DNA of 64,000 nucleotides from the NCBI GenBank assembly GCA_002633005.1, contig NMRA01000626.1, positions 157,358 to 221,357 of the forward strand. Direction: 5' to 3'. Positions 62,420 through 64,000 of this stretch are shown in pieces (positions within the stretch are counted from its first letter, which is position 1; each line of letters begins with the position of its first letter). Under the pieces are notes generated by a model, which saw nothing but the letters and a program-made list of their open reading frames with translations, had not been told where the DNA came from and ran no database searches. The DNA is from Phoronis australis (lineage: Eukaryota > Animalia > Phoronida). The position numbers were made by a program, and so were the translations under genes.

Positions 62420-62634
62420 CTGCAAAAGAAAAATGGTTGTCATGTTGTACAGAATTGGGAAACGAGCAAACTCGAACATGAACAGAAGGCCAACTGGTCT
62501 CTTCTTCTTCTTCCTGTTAACAACAAATGATCGTAATATCACTCCTTACATGTTGGTGCATGTTAATGATAAACTGATCTGTGCATAACTGAAAATAACA
62601 ACAACACCAAGTATGGTTAATGCCAGGATAACAA

Positions 62635-63310
62635 TAGGTTTTATTGTTTACTGTATAAGATAGATGTTCAAGATGTGACCTGTGAACATCTCTATTGTTT
62701 CTGATGAGATGACGAATTGTGGGAGTCTGTTCCAGTCGAAAGTAATTATCATGGTAAATAGGAAGAAAGAGTTTGCGTAGTATGCAGTGTGAATATGTGA
62801 TCTCTCAAAGTTGTGAGAGTGGGAGTCACGTGGTCTAGAAATATGTAGGGGTGGAAGGCATTAGTGGGGGAATAGCAACCAGGTTACGTACGGTCTTGTA
62901 CAGGAGGGACAGTTTATTTTGAGCTCGTCTTTCTTGAAGGGTGGGCCATTTGAGAGTTGTAGGCATTGATGAGAAGTGTATCTCGAGCGGTCATTTAAGA
63001 CAAACCTGGCTCTGCTATACGCTACAAACCTGGCTGCTCTACGCTACAAACCTGGCTGCTCTACGCTGTATTTTTCTACCATTTCAATACTGGAATGAGT
63101 GGGGAAATCCCAGATGGAGGAGCAGTATTCGAGTTTCGGTCTAACAAGTGAGGTTTAGGTGAGGGCTTTTGTTTCTCGGGGAGCATATTTAAGATTGTGT
63201 TTATTGAAACCACGAGTTCTGTTTGCCTTAGAGGTGATTGGGTCTATGTGAGTGTTCCACGATAAATTATTGGTGAGAGTCACCCCAAAGAATGGGGCTT
63301 GATTAATGCA
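62635..63310 (-). mobile_element. 5'-truncated CR1/L2-group LINE fragment (RT C-terminal region)
   Basis: Degenerate frames give GVTLTNNLSWNTHI, LVRPKLEYCSSIWD, IQRRAARFV, LKWPTLQERR and SFF...DWNRLP. Confidence 0.8.
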
Positions 63311-64000
63311 TTTGAGCGAAACGTTGTGAACTCATTCCCGAGCTCAACGACTAATCAATTTCAGCCAAGATCTCGTTTCTTCTTTTAAGAAGCACACTAA
63401 AGGCATGTAAGCAAGGGCAAGCAATGTTTGAAATGCCATTATTTGCCAACCAATGAGCAACAAGAAACAAATCCCACATAATTTTTGCTTGTCTTGGTTG
63501 ATTGCCTTGAGCTGTTAACAACACACATTTTGTGTACAAATTCATGTCAGTTGGGCGAAAATGCGGCCTGAAGCTTGCAATCAAATAAAACAAGAGTATT
63601 GCAACGAATTAATAAGCAACCACCAGGTGCATCGGAAACACTAATGATATGAGATCGTCATTTTCAAATATTTCTACAGTAGTCAGATCCATTAAATATC
63701 AACATCAGCTTTGCTCTCATCATAAGGGAAATGTAGGTGAAATTTCACAAGGATCCATCAAAGAATGGTAGATATTACAGTAGACACACTAGAGGGTGCC
63801 TTTAGTTAGTATAGTCACATCAGTCCAAAAGTCAGCACCAGCCATACTTAATAGAATCCATTACGTCATACTTAATGAAGAACGTTGAGATTTTGAGGCC
63901 GATGAAAAGAAAACCCAATTGCTGAACAACACTTTAGTCAGACCCAATAAAATCAATACAACACATGCATTGTCTTACTGAAGATCCATCAAGGAACTTG

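Overview
AT-rich (roughly 35-40% GC by eye) metazoan genomic DNA with spliceosomal introns, many repeats and one assembly gap (23703-24449). The repeat and gene content suggest a marine invertebrate, perhaps a lophotrochozoan (inference only). Two long genes converge tail to tail and both run off the window at their 5' ends. On + (649-9292, 8 coding exons) is a KIAA0232/DUF4603-family gene that also carries an AT-hook-like motif and tandem C-terminal CCCH zinc fingers. On - (62419 down to 17902, 18 exons traced with consistent splice phases) is EXOC4/Sec8. An antisense GT32 (Sur1/Csh1-like, DXD) glycosyltransferase with a single coding exon (33336-34292) is nested in an EXOC4 intron. A second, unexplained exon-like ORF (41178-40918, -) encodes a Cys-rich transmembrane segment and is in frame with the upstream EXOC4 exon. 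Mobile DNA includes two TTAA-flanked Kolobok-type elements (one with a THAP ORF), Helentron/HINE-like elements carrying arrays of CTCF-like motifs, a Copia relic, an internally deleted RTE LINE, a CR1/L2-type LINE fragment, tRNA-SINE remnants, MITEs, an 18-bp mini-insertion with a 7-bp TSD and several minisatellites. All homology calls come from recalled family motifs, not database searches.
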